DNA of 64,000 nucleotides from a virus: IMG/VR virus record IMGVR_UViG_3300012000_000008, positions 1 to 64,000 of that record; one strand, given 5' to 3'. The notes under the pieces were generated by a model that ran no database searches, had not been told where the DNA came from, and worked only from the letters and a program-made list of their open reading frames with translations. Positions 20,564 to 30,564 of this stretch are shown piece after piece; the stretch's first letter is position 1; each line of letters opens with the position of its first letter. The translations under genes and the position numbers were made by a program.

Positions 20564-23500
20564 ATGGAGATTTTTAATTTAAATAATAATTGTTTAACTC
20601 CTCTTACTGCAAAATATGCTTATGATGAAGATCTTAAATTAAAAAAAGATGTTCTTTTTACAGAAAATAATTTAAATTTTGTTTTTGAGCAAATATTTAA
20701 AAATTCAAATGATTTTTCTTCTAATAATTATAGTAATTTATATCTGTCCAGAAGAGACAATATAAATGCAAGCGCAAATATTGAACCACTAGAACCTCTT
20801 GCTGATGAAGGGTTTTCTACGTTTCTTGCAGTTAATGCTACCACTGTCTTTACTCCTGCATCACGTTTTTGGGTAGTTCAAGAACCAGCAGAAACAGTTA
20901 ACACTGCTATGCTTGCTGCATCTGGCACACTCACATCAATTGATAACAGATATTTCTTTGAAATATTGTTTCTAGATGATTATACTTGCAAAGTAATACA
21001 TGAAAACGATGGTATAGGCAGATATTTGACTGTTGATTATATAGGCAATTTAGTTTTTGCAAAAGATGCAAATACTGATTATTTGGGTGAAAAAAGCCCC
21101 CAGATTTTTAATTACATTTATGACCGCATAAATGAGCTCATAGTTTTTATAAAAAATGTTAATGATGTAATTTATTATGTTGCTTTTCAGCAGAGCAATG
21201 ATGAATTAATATTAACACCATCACTCACAGGTACTAATTTTTCTTTTACAACTAACTCCATCTTTAAATGTGCTGCAAGATCTGAAACTGCAAATTATAC
21301 TCCTATTAATGACCCATGGCTAGCGTACAAAAAAAATTCATTGAATAATTCTCTTGCTATTAATTCTGCATTAAGCTACGAAAATTCAAATTCAAATGTT
21401 TTAACCAACACCCAATATTTAAATGCTTCAGCAGGAAATATTGATGTAAATCTGCTATCACTTAAAAATACCAACACACCCGAAAATTATCAGTCAAGAA
21501 ACAACCCATTTTTTAATGAAAATAGAACTCTCATGAGAGACTTTAAGAAATTATTCACAGGATCCAATCAACTACTAGGCAACGACAATATTACCATGGG
21601 ATACGAAGCATATACATCCAATATTATCTTAAAAAAAGATAAGATAACTTATTTTCATGTTCCTCAAAATTTTTACCCCTTTCAAAGACTCAATATAAAT
21701 GATGCAGGATTAGCAGAATCAGGATCCATAGCTGGTGATCATCCCTTGAAAAGCGATAAAATTTTTAAGAAAAAAGCTGATTATAGTGATACCAGTTATT
21801 TTGGAAATACCATTGAAGAAAATACAGGCAGCTTCTTGTGTGCCTGGCTCTCAGGAAACAGCAATGTAAATTCTAAACCTATTTGGGTGGATAGATACTA
21901 TAATCCTTCCAAAGTATCTTTCTTTCAAGCTTTAACTACATCAGAGATAAACGCAGTAGAATACATTTCTGTTTTTAATTGCATAGATTCCTTGGTTCCT
22001 GACGATATTACTGTGTTTGACAAACCTTCAGACTTAATCTTTGAGGCAGGTACTTATTATGCCTATCATCACATAGGTGAAAATTTTTGCAATGATTATA
22101 TTAGATCATTAAGCTCAAGTTTAATACAAAAAAACTTTGATTATTATTTTAACTACAATGGAACACCTGCAGAAAATTCTCCCAATCTTACTGAATATGT
22201 TTTCAATAATAATGCTTACAGTGTTACAAATAACTTAAGCTCCATTCAAGATTCAAATGAATTTACCATTATTTTTGATGCATACAATAATAATTGGCTA
22301 TTACCATTTGCATATCAAGTTTTAGGAAATTACTGCAATGATGGTTTTGGGTTGTTTAATTTTAATAATTTAACACCAGCGCTTTTCATTAGTTCACTAT
22401 CATCCATAAAAACAACCAATTTAAATTTAAAAATCCTTGATACACTGGAATTACCTGCATCAGCAAATGCTCTTATTACTTTGGAAGGTTTTGATTTCTT
22501 TTTTGTAATAACTTCAGATGGTTATTTTAGAAAATATAACAATAAAAATGGCTTGGTATACAAAGTTTTTAATAATAGATTTAAAACAATCTATGGTTAT
22601 GATTATGATTCAAAAAATTGCTATGTATTAGGAAAAGATTTATTTTCAAACACTGCATTTTTGTACAAAATTGAATTAGATTCTGGTGAAGTTACACAAA
22701 TATTCACAGGATATTCTTTTTATTTCTTAAATGTTCCATCTAGCAATATTGGCAATTCTAGAACTGTTAATTTCTATAACAATGCATTTTATTTTACTGC
22801 TGGTAGTAAAACTGAAAGAATAGAGGATCAAATATATGCAAAAATTAATAATGGCATATACAAATGGAGTCTGCCTTCTTCAACTAATTATATTTTAGCT
22901 TTTTCTGCTTCCAATTCATTACAGACATTCAATATTGATTTGAGTGGTAACATATGGATTGCTTATGATAACTATAAATTAGCTAAATATGATAGCTCCA
23001 GATCGTTGGTATTATCAGCTGTTTCTCCTCTTACTGGTGCAACCATAAACAACATAAATTTTGGTTATGAATTGAGTAATTCAAGCATTAAACAGAATGT
23101 TTATGTTGCCAGCATCTCAGCAGACAATAGTGCCATTTTTTCCAAATATAATAACGTTGGAAATTTGGAAACTTATAAAATCTATCCAAACAATGGGCCT
23201 GTAAATTTAGATTTTACACAGAATAGATATTTAAGGACTTATATTGCTGAAAGTTACCCTCAAAGCAGTTTAAATTTAAAATTAAAACTCACAAATACTT
23301 ATAATCCTTTGGATGTTCAAAACGTTAACTTAATTTACAATTTAACTGCATTGGATCCAGGTTATCATAATTTTGCTATTAGATTTGATAGCTATGTTGG
23401 TACTCTGCATTTTATAATTGATGGACAAATTGTTAATAGTTCCAAATTTACCCCTAGAAAATATAGTTTTTCTGATCTTATTTACAGGCCATTCTTTTTT

Positions 23501-23890
23501 GGCACAAGCAATTACAGCAACAACATAACTATATCAGAATTTTTAAATAACCCAAGTTTTAATGCTCAAAATTTAACAGTTAAAAATTTCTACCTTTACA
23601 ATCAAGCATTAAATTATTTTGACATAATTTTTCATACACGCTTATCTGAATCAATAGAAGATGTTGTTTTTGATCTGGCCTGTGGCAGAAGAAATTATTT
23701 GGATGAAATAGAAAGATATTTTAAATTTAGAGTTCCAGGCAACAAGAGTGCTCTCATGAATATTATTTTAAGAAACTCAGGTATAAATAATGCTGACTTG
23801 CAAAAAGAAATGGAAAAACGCATATATGCATTGCTTGCTAAAACTGCACCTGCTTACATAAAAATTAATAACATTGAATGGAGTAACTAA
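20564..23890 (+). CDS. Large tail-associated protein with beta-propeller and ConA/LamG-like segments
   Basis: 'GYHNFAIRFDSYVGTLHFIIDGQIV...VKNFYLYNQALN' is LamG-like; TATAAATA upstream. Confidence 0.55.
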   Translation: MEIFNLNNNCLTPLTAKYAYDEDLKLKKDVLFTENNLNFVFEQIFKNSNDFSSNNYSNLYLSRRDNINASANIEPLEPLADEGFSTFLAVNATTVFTPASRFWVVQEPAETVNTAMLAASGTLTSIDNRYFFEILFLDDYTCKVIHENDGIGRYLTVDYIGNLVFAKDANTDYLGEKSPQIFNYIYDRINELIVFIKNVNDVIYYVAFQQSNDELILTPSLTGTNFSFTTNSIFKCAARSETANYTPINDPWLAYKKNSLNNSLAINSALSYENSNSNVLTNTQYLNASAGNIDVNLLSLKNTNTPENYQSRNNPFFNENRTLMRDFKKLFTGSNQLLGNDNITMGYEAYTSNIILKKDKITYFHVPQNFYPFQRLNINDAGLAESGSIAGDHPLKSDKIFKKKADYSDTSYFGNTIEENTGSFLCAWLSGNSNVNSKPIWVDRYYNPSKVSFFQALTTSEINAVEYISVFNCIDSLVPDDITVFDKPSDLIFEAGTYYAYHHIGENFCNDYIRSLSSSLIQKNFDYYFNYNGTPAENSPNLTEYVFNNNAYSVTNNLSSIQDSNEFTIIFDAYNNNWLLPFAYQVLGNYCNDGFGLFNFNNLTPALFISSLSSIKTTNLNLKILDTLELPASANALITLEGFDFFFVITSDGYFRKYNNKNGLVYKVFNNRFKTIYGYDYDSKNCYVLGKDLFSNTAFLYKIELDSGEVTQIFTGYSFYFLNVPSSNIGNSRTVNFYNNAFYFTAGSKTERIEDQIYAKINNGIYKWSLPSSTNYILAFSASNSLQTFNIDLSGNIWIAYDNYKLAKYDSSRSLVLSAVSPLTGATINNINFGYELSNSSIKQNVYVASISADNSAIFSKYNNVGNLETYKIYPNNGPVNLDFTQNRYLRTYIAESYPQSSLNLKLKLTNTYNPLDVQNVNLIYNLTALDPGYHNFAIRFDSYVGTLHFIIDGQIVNSSKFTPRKYSFSDLIYRPFFFGTSNYSNNITISEFLNNPSFNAQNLTVKNFYLYNQALNYFDIIFHTRLSESIEDVVFDLACGRRNYLDEIERYFKFRVPGNKSALMNIILRNSGINNADLQKEMEKRIYALLAKTAPAYIKINNIEWSN

Positions 23891-25482
23891 TGAATATTTC
23901 TGAGGAATTTAATAGCAGTGGCTTGATTTATGATAGATTTTCTAATCAAAGTTTATCTTTACCATATTCTTTTGACTCTATAAAAATACAACCCAATGAT
24001 ACTGTTACATATGATGTTTTAAATTTAAAATATGGTCATTTGTACGACAACTTTTTGTACCTGTATAAAAATTGCAAAATTGCTTCAAATCTTTTGCCTG
24101 TAAGTTCTTCTGCTATTCTTGGGCTTGCTAATGGCCTGGTTTTTGCTTGGTACAACAACTTATCTACATCACAATTTGAACCTGCAACTGGGTCTTTTTT
24201 TGATACTAATGTTTTTTTTGCAATTAATAATAATGAACTGCCAGTTTATAGTATGTTTTTTTCTAATGGATCTATTTTATACGTGCTTAAATCTGATAAA
24301 AATGACACCAGCATAGCACTTACTTTAAGTGCCGATACATACAATACAGAAAAAACAACCAATGTAAATTTTGAAAAAATAGTAAGAATAACAGATGGTC
24401 CTAATAAAACACTTTTAATATTAGATAAAACAGCTAACACTTTGTATCAATATGATGCATCAGGTTTCTATACTAATGATACAGTTCTGCAGAACAGATT
24501 AATCTTCTTGAGATTCATTGGTGGTTTTGGTTCTATTTTAGATAAACTAAGTTTTAATGGTCCCAACGATGTGGTAACATATGGAAAAAACATTTATGTT
24601 CTAGACTCTGGTAACTATTGCATAAAACAGTATGATGAAAATTTAAACTGGAAAAACACATACAGACTTATTAAAGATTTAAAAAATAATAATATTTTAA
24701 AATTAAGAGTAGATGCTACTGGAAACTTCTTTGCACTAACTGATAAAAATAAAATCTTTGTTTATAGTAATAATTTTGAACAAAAATCTGTTTATAATAT
24801 TAATGACCTGGAAGTTAATGAAAATGCTACTGATATTGTTTTCTCTGCATCAGATACCAACATATTTTATATTGTAACAAACCTGAACATTTACAAAAGG
24901 TTTGTGTCCAATTTAAATTTTAACGCTGGAAAATATTTGTTTTACAATTTTAACTACAACAATACTCAAACTATTTCTTGTTTTGCTGCTATTCCTTATT
25001 TAGACGGTGATAAAACTTTAGTTGTCTCTAAAAGTGGATCCACACAAATAATAGGAAGCTTTTTTGACAATAAAAATTTATATGATATTTTAACTATTTC
25101 TGATTTTGATGTTTATAGCTTAGGCAACATAGAAGTGGATTCTGAAGAATATGTGCAAAGCTGGGTAATAAACAAAAGCCTGTCCAAATTAATTTTGAAT
25201 CATATGAGATTAAGAGATCAGATAATTGGTAAGTTTTTATTTGTTAAAGATGCTAATGAAAATACAGTATTTAATTTTACAAGATATTTAACTACAGATG
25301 AAATATCTTCCATTTTGTTTGACAGCAACATTACTAATTTTATTGGGCAAAATGAAGTAGTTTCCAATGCCAGTATTAACAGATGTTTAAAAAACATATA
25401 TTCTATTCAAACTAAATTGTTAACAATATTGAAAGATGAGCAAAACACAGTACCTTATGCAAACTCTACTGTATTTTTATGA
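23890..25482 (+). CDS. NHL/beta-propeller repeat virion protein
   Basis: NHL-type repeat 'GGFG...SFNGPNDVV..GKNIYVLDSGNYCIKQYD'. Confidence 0.6.
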   Translation: MNISEEFNSSGLIYDRFSNQSLSLPYSFDSIKIQPNDTVTYDVLNLKYGHLYDNFLYLYKNCKIASNLLPVSSSAILGLANGLVFAWYNNLSTSQFEPATGSFFDTNVFFAINNNELPVYSMFFSNGSILYVLKSDKNDTSIALTLSADTYNTEKTTNVNFEKIVRITDGPNKTLLILDKTANTLYQYDASGFYTNDTVLQNRLIFLRFIGGFGSILDKLSFNGPNDVVTYGKNIYVLDSGNYCIKQYDENLNWKNTYRLIKDLKNNNILKLRVDATGNFFALTDKNKIFVYSNNFEQKSVYNINDLEVNENATDIVFSASDTNIFYIVTNLNIYKRFVSNLNFNAGKYLFYNFNYNNTQTISCFAAIPYLDGDKTLVVSKSGSTQIIGSFFDNKNLYDILTISDFDVYSLGNIEVDSEEYVQSWVINKSLSKLILNHMRLRDQIIGKFLFVKDANENTVFNFTRYLTTDEISSILFDSNITNFIGQNEVVSNASINRCLKNIYSIQTKLLTILKDEQNTVPYANSTVFL

Positions 25483-25524
25483 TATAAAATGTATAAAACA
25501 ACAAAAACACAATAAATACTTAAA

Positions 25525-26154
25525 ATGGCTACAGTTTCTGTAATAAAACTCAAAGTTCGCAGAGGCACAGACAGTGAAAGAAAACTCATTACTTTGGATA
25601 ATGGTGAGTTGGGCTATGTTACTGATATTTCTTCTAGACGTCTCTTTGTAGGGGATGGTGTCACCCAAGGTGGGCATCCAGCTGGTGCTAGAATTTTTAG
25701 TAATGGCAGTTTCTCATCACCATCTACACTAGCCACTGCCCAAGTGGGTGATTTAGTTTTTAATAATGACGATACTTCTTTGTATGTGCTTACAGGTGTT
25801 GATGCGAATTTCTTTCCTAATTATTCTTCTCCTGGTGCATATACTTTTGTTGGACCAAGAGCAGACAACATAACCATCACAACAAACAGTGGGGTGTTTT
25901 TAGTTGCCAATGGGGGAATTAACGAAAACAAAATAGCATCAACAACCTTTACAAATGGTATTACCGGTGGCAGGGGATTAAAAATTGGTATTAATTATGA
26001 TAATACCAAAATAGTTTATGTTAACAGCAAACTTACTGTTAATGAAGCTTCATTAGTTCTTTCTGCTATTAATGCTTCTTCTTTGCCTACAACTTCACCT
26101 GCCCCTGGATCAAAAATATTATGGAACGATGGAGGTACTGTAAAAGTAGCATAA
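25525..26154 (+). CDS. Tail fibre-like protein with Mtd/hyaluronidase-type N-terminal domain
   Basis: 'LKVRRGT...LDNGELGYVTD..RRLFVGDGVTQGG'. Confidence 0.7.
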   Translation: MATVSVIKLKVRRGTDSERKLITLDNGELGYVTDISSRRLFVGDGVTQGGHPAGARIFSNGSFSSPSTLATAQVGDLVFNNDDTSLYVLTGVDANFFPNYSSPGAYTFVGPRADNITITTNSGVFLVANGGINENKIASTTFTNGITGGRGLKIGINYDNTKIVYVNSKLTVNEASLVLSAINASSLPTTSPAPGSKILWNDGGTVKVA

Positions 26155-26157
26155 TTT

Positions 26158-27735
26158 ATGGCCATAGAAATTACATCAGATACAATTGTAAAAATTTTAG
26201 TAAGACGAGGTGTTGAAGCTGATAGAGTACAGACTGTTCTTACTGAAGGTGAACTAGGTTACTCTGTAGATACCAGAAGGCTTTTTGTTGGTGATGGATC
26301 AACACTAGGAGGAGTACCTGCAGGTAATATTCATTTAGGATTTACAACCAACAGAAATGCTTACTCATCTTATGCACAAAATGGAGATCAGATTAGTGAC
26401 AGTGGCAAAAACTATGTGTTTCAGAGTGGAAGCTGGAATTCTATTAGCCCTCAATTGTATCTGGAAACAACAACCAACATTCAGAGCATTCAAGAGGATC
26501 AACCCTCAACTAACCGTCTTAGATTAAATCCTGATTCTTTGGGTGCAGGGCTAAGCCTGGATTACAGTATTAATCCAAGTGGTTATCTTAACAATACCAT
26601 TCAAAAACAATATGGTTTGATACAATTTGATGCCAGATATATTTCATTATGTGCATCCAGTAATAGTTTTTATATTGGCAATGTGTTCAATAAACAAATT
26701 AACAACAATTTAAATGCTACTTTGAATGTTGATAGGAATATTTTTGTAAATGATACCAATCCAAACCCATTCCAGATTCAAATTTATGCAAAAGATCCAA
26801 ACGGGACATCCAACAGCTACATAAATGCAGTAAGTGGTGGTCTTGTTATCCGTGGCCAGAATTCAGTGGGACTTTTAAACAATTATAACGCCACCATTTC
26901 ACCTCAAATACAGGTTGCAAACAATGGCCAAGTAATATTTACCCCCAACATTCCTAATCAGAGCTATGGCACACCAGGCAATTTACTCAATGGTATCACC
27001 AGAGTTTTAAGCACTGCATATTTTGATAAAGATGTTCTTGTTGCTGGCACTCTAACAACGTCAATTCTATGTGCTTACAGTACCATAGTTTCTGAAACTA
27101 CTGCTTTGAGTGTAATCAATAGTAGCAATGCAACAGAAACTGCAACAATTGTAAATACCAACCCCAATAATGCGCAAAACATCTTAAGAGTTTCAGGCAA
27201 TTCAGGATCAGGTGTAACACCTTATATGATTGTTAAAGATAGTAACACCACCAGTGGCCCTGGTGTAGTGGCAATTAATGTTGAACCAGGATCTTTTGAT
27301 ACATATTCATTATTGCTTTCAGGCAGCTTAGGAGTCAATTCAATAGGAGTTCCCAATGGTACGGACAAAGCTTACATCAGATCCAGTGACATTACTCTAG
27401 TTGGAGGCTCTGCAGGAACAGGCACAGTAACTGTGAGTGGCAATTTAAGAACTTCACAGGACATAATTGCATTCTCTACATCTGATATTTCATTAAAAGA
27501 AAACATAAAACCAATTAGTAATGCATTAATAAAACTTAAAAAATTAAATGGTGTGCATTTTAAATGGAAAGATGGTACTGTTTACAACGGTGAAGACTAT
27601 GGAGTAATTGCACAAGAAGTTGAACATATAATGCCTGAAATAGTTATCACCAGAGCAAATGGTAAGAAAGCAGTTAGATATGAAAAATTAATACCATTAA
27701 TTATTGAAGCTATTAAAGAAATAGGAGATAGATAA
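26158..27735 (+). CDS. Tail fibre with Mtd-type N-terminus and C-terminal intramolecular chaperone (peptidase S74)
   Basis: N-terminal 'LVRRG...LTEGELGYSVDTRRLFVGDG'; C-terminal 'SDISLKENIKPI...GVIAQEVE...VRYEKLIPLIIEAIKE'. Confidence 0.85.
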   Translation: MAIEITSDTIVKILVRRGVEADRVQTVLTEGELGYSVDTRRLFVGDGSTLGGVPAGNIHLGFTTNRNAYSSYAQNGDQISDSGKNYVFQSGSWNSISPQLYLETTTNIQSIQEDQPSTNRLRLNPDSLGAGLSLDYSINPSGYLNNTIQKQYGLIQFDARYISLCASSNSFYIGNVFNKQINNNLNATLNVDRNIFVNDTNPNPFQIQIYAKDPNGTSNSYINAVSGGLVIRGQNSVGLLNNYNATISPQIQVANNGQVIFTPNIPNQSYGTPGNLLNGITRVLSTAYFDKDVLVAGTLTTSILCAYSTIVSETTALSVINSSNATETATIVNTNPNNAQNILRVSGNSGSGVTPYMIVKDSNTTSGPGVVAINVEPGSFDTYSLLLSGSLGVNSIGVPNGTDKAYIRSSDITLVGGSAGTGTVTVSGNLRTSQDIIAFSTSDISLKENIKPISNALIKLKKLNGVHFKWKDGTVYNGEDYGVIAQEVEHIMPEIVITRANGKKAVRYEKLIPLIIEAIKEIGDR

Positions 27736-27736
27736 A

Positions 27737-28393
27737 GTGGCTGCCGGTAATTTACCTACATCCGGCCCTGTAAGTTTTGGTGCAACAGCTGCTGCTGATA
27801 GTAGTTTAAATAATTTTGTAAATGTAAAAAGAATTACAGCCACCAATACAGCTAATACATCTCTTTCTTCTCTTATATATTATTTTGAAAATTATGTTAA
27901 ACCGCCTGGTGATCCAAGCAATGTTTTAATTCCCGGTCCTCCTTATGCTATTTCTGAAACAAGAAACTTAGAGATTATGGTGTTCCGTGTTTCCATTAAA
28001 AATGAATCTACCTCCACTTATGGAAATAATGATGATGCTGGTGTTTATGTTCAAGTACTTACACCTGCTGGAAGAAACTATAATTTAAGCTGCACAGGTC
28101 TTGGCAGCACAACAGTAGCTGCTGGAGCAACCTATCTTTTTGGCGGTTACAGTGGTGCATGGGATGCTAGTGCAACAAAAACTGTTACAATACAAGATGC
28201 TACAACTCTTGCAACAATGACTATAGATATTACACCAGCTTATTCTACTGGTCAATCATATTCTACTTCAACTAGTACAGTAGCTGCACCTGCAGGCACA
28301 ATTTATAATACCACAAACCCCAGTGTTGCAGGATCTGATTATCAAACTTTTTACAGTGGAAAATTAGACCCCTCAGGGAGACCAAATGGATAA
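27737..28393 (+). CDS. Putative tail-fibre-associated/adhesin protein
   Basis: Starts 'LPTSGPVSF', as is common for genes following S74 fibres; Thr/Ala/Ser-rich. Confidence 0.45.
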   Translation: MAAGNLPTSGPVSFGATAAADSSLNNFVNVKRITATNTANTSLSSLIYYFENYVKPPGDPSNVLIPGPPYAISETRNLEIMVFRVSIKNESTSTYGNNDDAGVYVQVLTPAGRNYNLSCTGLGSTTVAAGATYLFGGYSGAWDASATKTVTIQDATTLATMTIDITPAYSTGQSYSTSTSTVAAPAGTIYNTTNPSVAGSDYQTFYSGKLDPSGRPNG

Positions 28394-29177
28394 TATTATT
28401 TTAATGCAGGAAAAAGCTAAAACTTTTATTGTTAAAGTATTTTATGATAAAAGCGGATATGATTCATTTTTGTATTTTACAAACAATGGCACAGTTATAG
28501 AAAAAAGCAATTTGGAAGATAAAAAATGTTGTTTTTTTAACTTAATTAATAACAATTTTTTAGAGATTGATTCAAAAAATATAACAGGGTTTGAAGTTGA
28601 GCATATTTCATTTAATAGTTATTGTAACCCAGAAAAAACAACAGAGTCTGAATTAATTGAACAAAAAAATAAAATTTATAATTTTATAGATACAATTAAT
28701 AAGAAAATTAATTATGATTATGAAAACTTTTTTTATGTGAAGCAATTTCTAGATGAAAGCACTTTTTGTAGTAGATTTGCTTTAGAGTTTGATCAAATTA
28801 ATGATAAAGATGCTTATATAAAAGAATTGTCTTTTTTAAAAAACACATCGCGCAATTTCAAAACTACCTTTATTATTAAAAAATTTGGACTATCAAGCAA
28901 TAAGTTTGATTCAGTAGATAATATTGAATTAGAAGGTTTTAAAGCAAATTGGTTGCAGTACATTAATAACTTTGCAGCCATATTTATTGAATACTTAAAA
29001 ACAGAAAATAATAAAATTACTGATAATGATATCGACTATAAAAAAGAAATGGATAATTTAGTTAGTGAAATAGAAAAAGATATAAAAAATGTTAATCTTT
29101 CTGGTGCTAAAACAATTAATGAAGCATTGAGTCTCTGGCCTGTTTTAATTTCTCCCCCACCATTTTTTATTGAATAA
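28386..29177 (+). CDS. Hypothetical protein (C-terminus resembles tail-fibre assembly proteins)
   Basis: 263-aa ORF ending 'AKTINEALSLWPVLI'. Confidence 0.45.
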   Translation: MDNIILMQEKAKTFIVKVFYDKSGYDSFLYFTNNGTVIEKSNLEDKKCCFFNLINNNFLEIDSKNITGFEVEHISFNSYCNPEKTTESELIEQKNKIYNFIDTINKKINYDYENFFYVKQFLDESTFCSRFALEFDQINDKDAYIKELSFLKNTSRNFKTTFIIKKFGLSSNKFDSVDNIELEGFKANWLQYINNFAAIFIEYLKTENNKITDNDIDYKKEMDNLVSEIEKDIKNVNLSGAKTINEALSLWPVLISPPPFFIE

Positions 29178-29905
29178 TGTACAATTTATTAATTGCTACA
29201 ACTTCTTGTAAAAAATATTTAAGCACAAGAGTAAACGCAATTAAAAATTCTTGGAATTATAATGGTATTTATAAAAATTTTAAAATAACTCACTTATTCT
29301 TTATAGGAGGCAATGATGAAAAACAAGAAAATGATTTAATTACGTTAAAATGTAGAGATGATTATTGTTCATTATCTGGTAAAACCTATAGTGTTTTAAA
29401 ATATATCAATGATAATTTACATTTTGATTATCTTATTAAGACAAATGACGATAGTTATGTAAACATTGAAAAATTTTGTGATTCAAATTTTGAAAATTAT
29501 GATTATGGTGGCTATTGCTGTATTAATACAGATATGGATGTTTTACAACAAACAGATTTTGCACAGGGTGGGTTTTATTTTCTTTCTTGCAAATCAACAG
29601 AATATATTTTAAATACTGAAGGGGAACTATCACTTTTAAATAATCTTAATAGTTCTATTGAAGATCAGAACATTGGCAGAATAATGGCGCAAAAAAATAA
29701 TCTTAAATTCTTAAAATTAAATAATTTTCCAAAAATTGATATGCCTTTTCATATTTGCGAGGAAGGTATGAGCATACACCCTGTTCATCATACATTAATG
29801 AGAGAACTTTATACCAATAAAAACCATTTTAATAAACAATTAAGTATTTTAAAATATAAATCATTTACAAGTGATTATGGTATAAGAAGAACAATAAAAA
29901 AATGA
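29177..29905 (+). CDS. GT31-like glycosyltransferase (galactosyltransferase/Fringe-like)
   Basis: 'DDYCSLSGKT', 'FDYLIKTNDDSYVN', 'AQGGFYFLS' and 'EDQNIG'. Confidence 0.75.
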   Translation: MYNLLIATTSCKKYLSTRVNAIKNSWNYNGIYKNFKITHLFFIGGNDEKQENDLITLKCRDDYCSLSGKTYSVLKYINDNLHFDYLIKTNDDSYVNIEKFCDSNFENYDYGGYCCINTDMDVLQQTDFAQGGFYFLSCKSTEYILNTEGELSLLNNLNSSIEDQNIGRIMAQKNNLKFLKLNNFPKIDMPFHICEEGMSIHPVHHTLMRELYTNKNHFNKQLSILKYKSFTSDYGIRRTIKK

Positions 29906-30564
29906 AACAATTAGTATTTTTAGTAAATATTACAAAAATTGAACATATACTAAATTTTTCAAATTTTTATTATATTACTGATAAAAAATTCACTATTAAT
30001 GCAGATAATATTATAAAAGTCGATGTAGAGGACAAATATGAAAATTTAGCACTTAAAACTTTTTTAGGGTATAAAGAATTTAAAAGAAAAAATATTAAGT
30101 TTGACTTTTTATGTAGAGTTGACACTGATACTTATATAGATTTTAAAAATCTATATAATTCAAAATTTGAAAATAGAAAAAATTATGGATTTATAAATTA
30201 TGGAAATAGCTTTTTACACGAAAAAAATTTTAATAAATTTCCTTTTTCTCCAGGGTTTACAGAATATTTTTTAGGAGGTGGCTATATGATCAACAAAGAT
30301 TCATTTAATAATTTAAAAATAGACCATTTTATTAATTTAATATATGGAAATATAGAAAAAAATGTTGATATGTGTTTTGAAGATGTGATTACTAGCTTAG
30401 CATTAAAAGAACAAAATCAAACCATGGTACATTCAGGAGCATGGATAGACAAGAAAAATAACTGTACTTCTTCTTGCAACAATTCTTTTTTTCATTCTTT
30501 AAAATTTTATAATGAAAAAAAATTTAAACTTATAAATAAATTACAAAACAAAAATTTAGCTTAA
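29902..30564 (+). CDS. GT31-like glycosyltransferase
   Basis: 'DKYENLALKT', 'FDFLCRVDTDTYID', 'GGGYMIN' and 'FEDVIT'. Confidence 0.7.
   Translation: MKQLVFLVNITKIEHILNFSNFYYITDKKFTINADNIIKVDVEDKYENLALKTFLGYKEFKRKNIKFDFLCRVDTDTYIDFKNLYNSKFENRKNYGFINYGNSFLHEKNFNKFPFSPGFTEYFLGGGYMINKDSFNNLKIDHFINLIYGNIEKNVDMCFEDVITSLALKEQNQTMVHSGAWIDKKNNCTSSCNNSFFHSLKFYNEKKFKLINKLQNKNLA

Noticed and set aside
25525-27735. Diversity-generating retroelement suggested by Mtd-like N-termini
   Set aside because: No reverse transcriptase, no TR/VR repeat pair with adenine-specific mismatches and no C-type lectin C-terminus are visible in the window.
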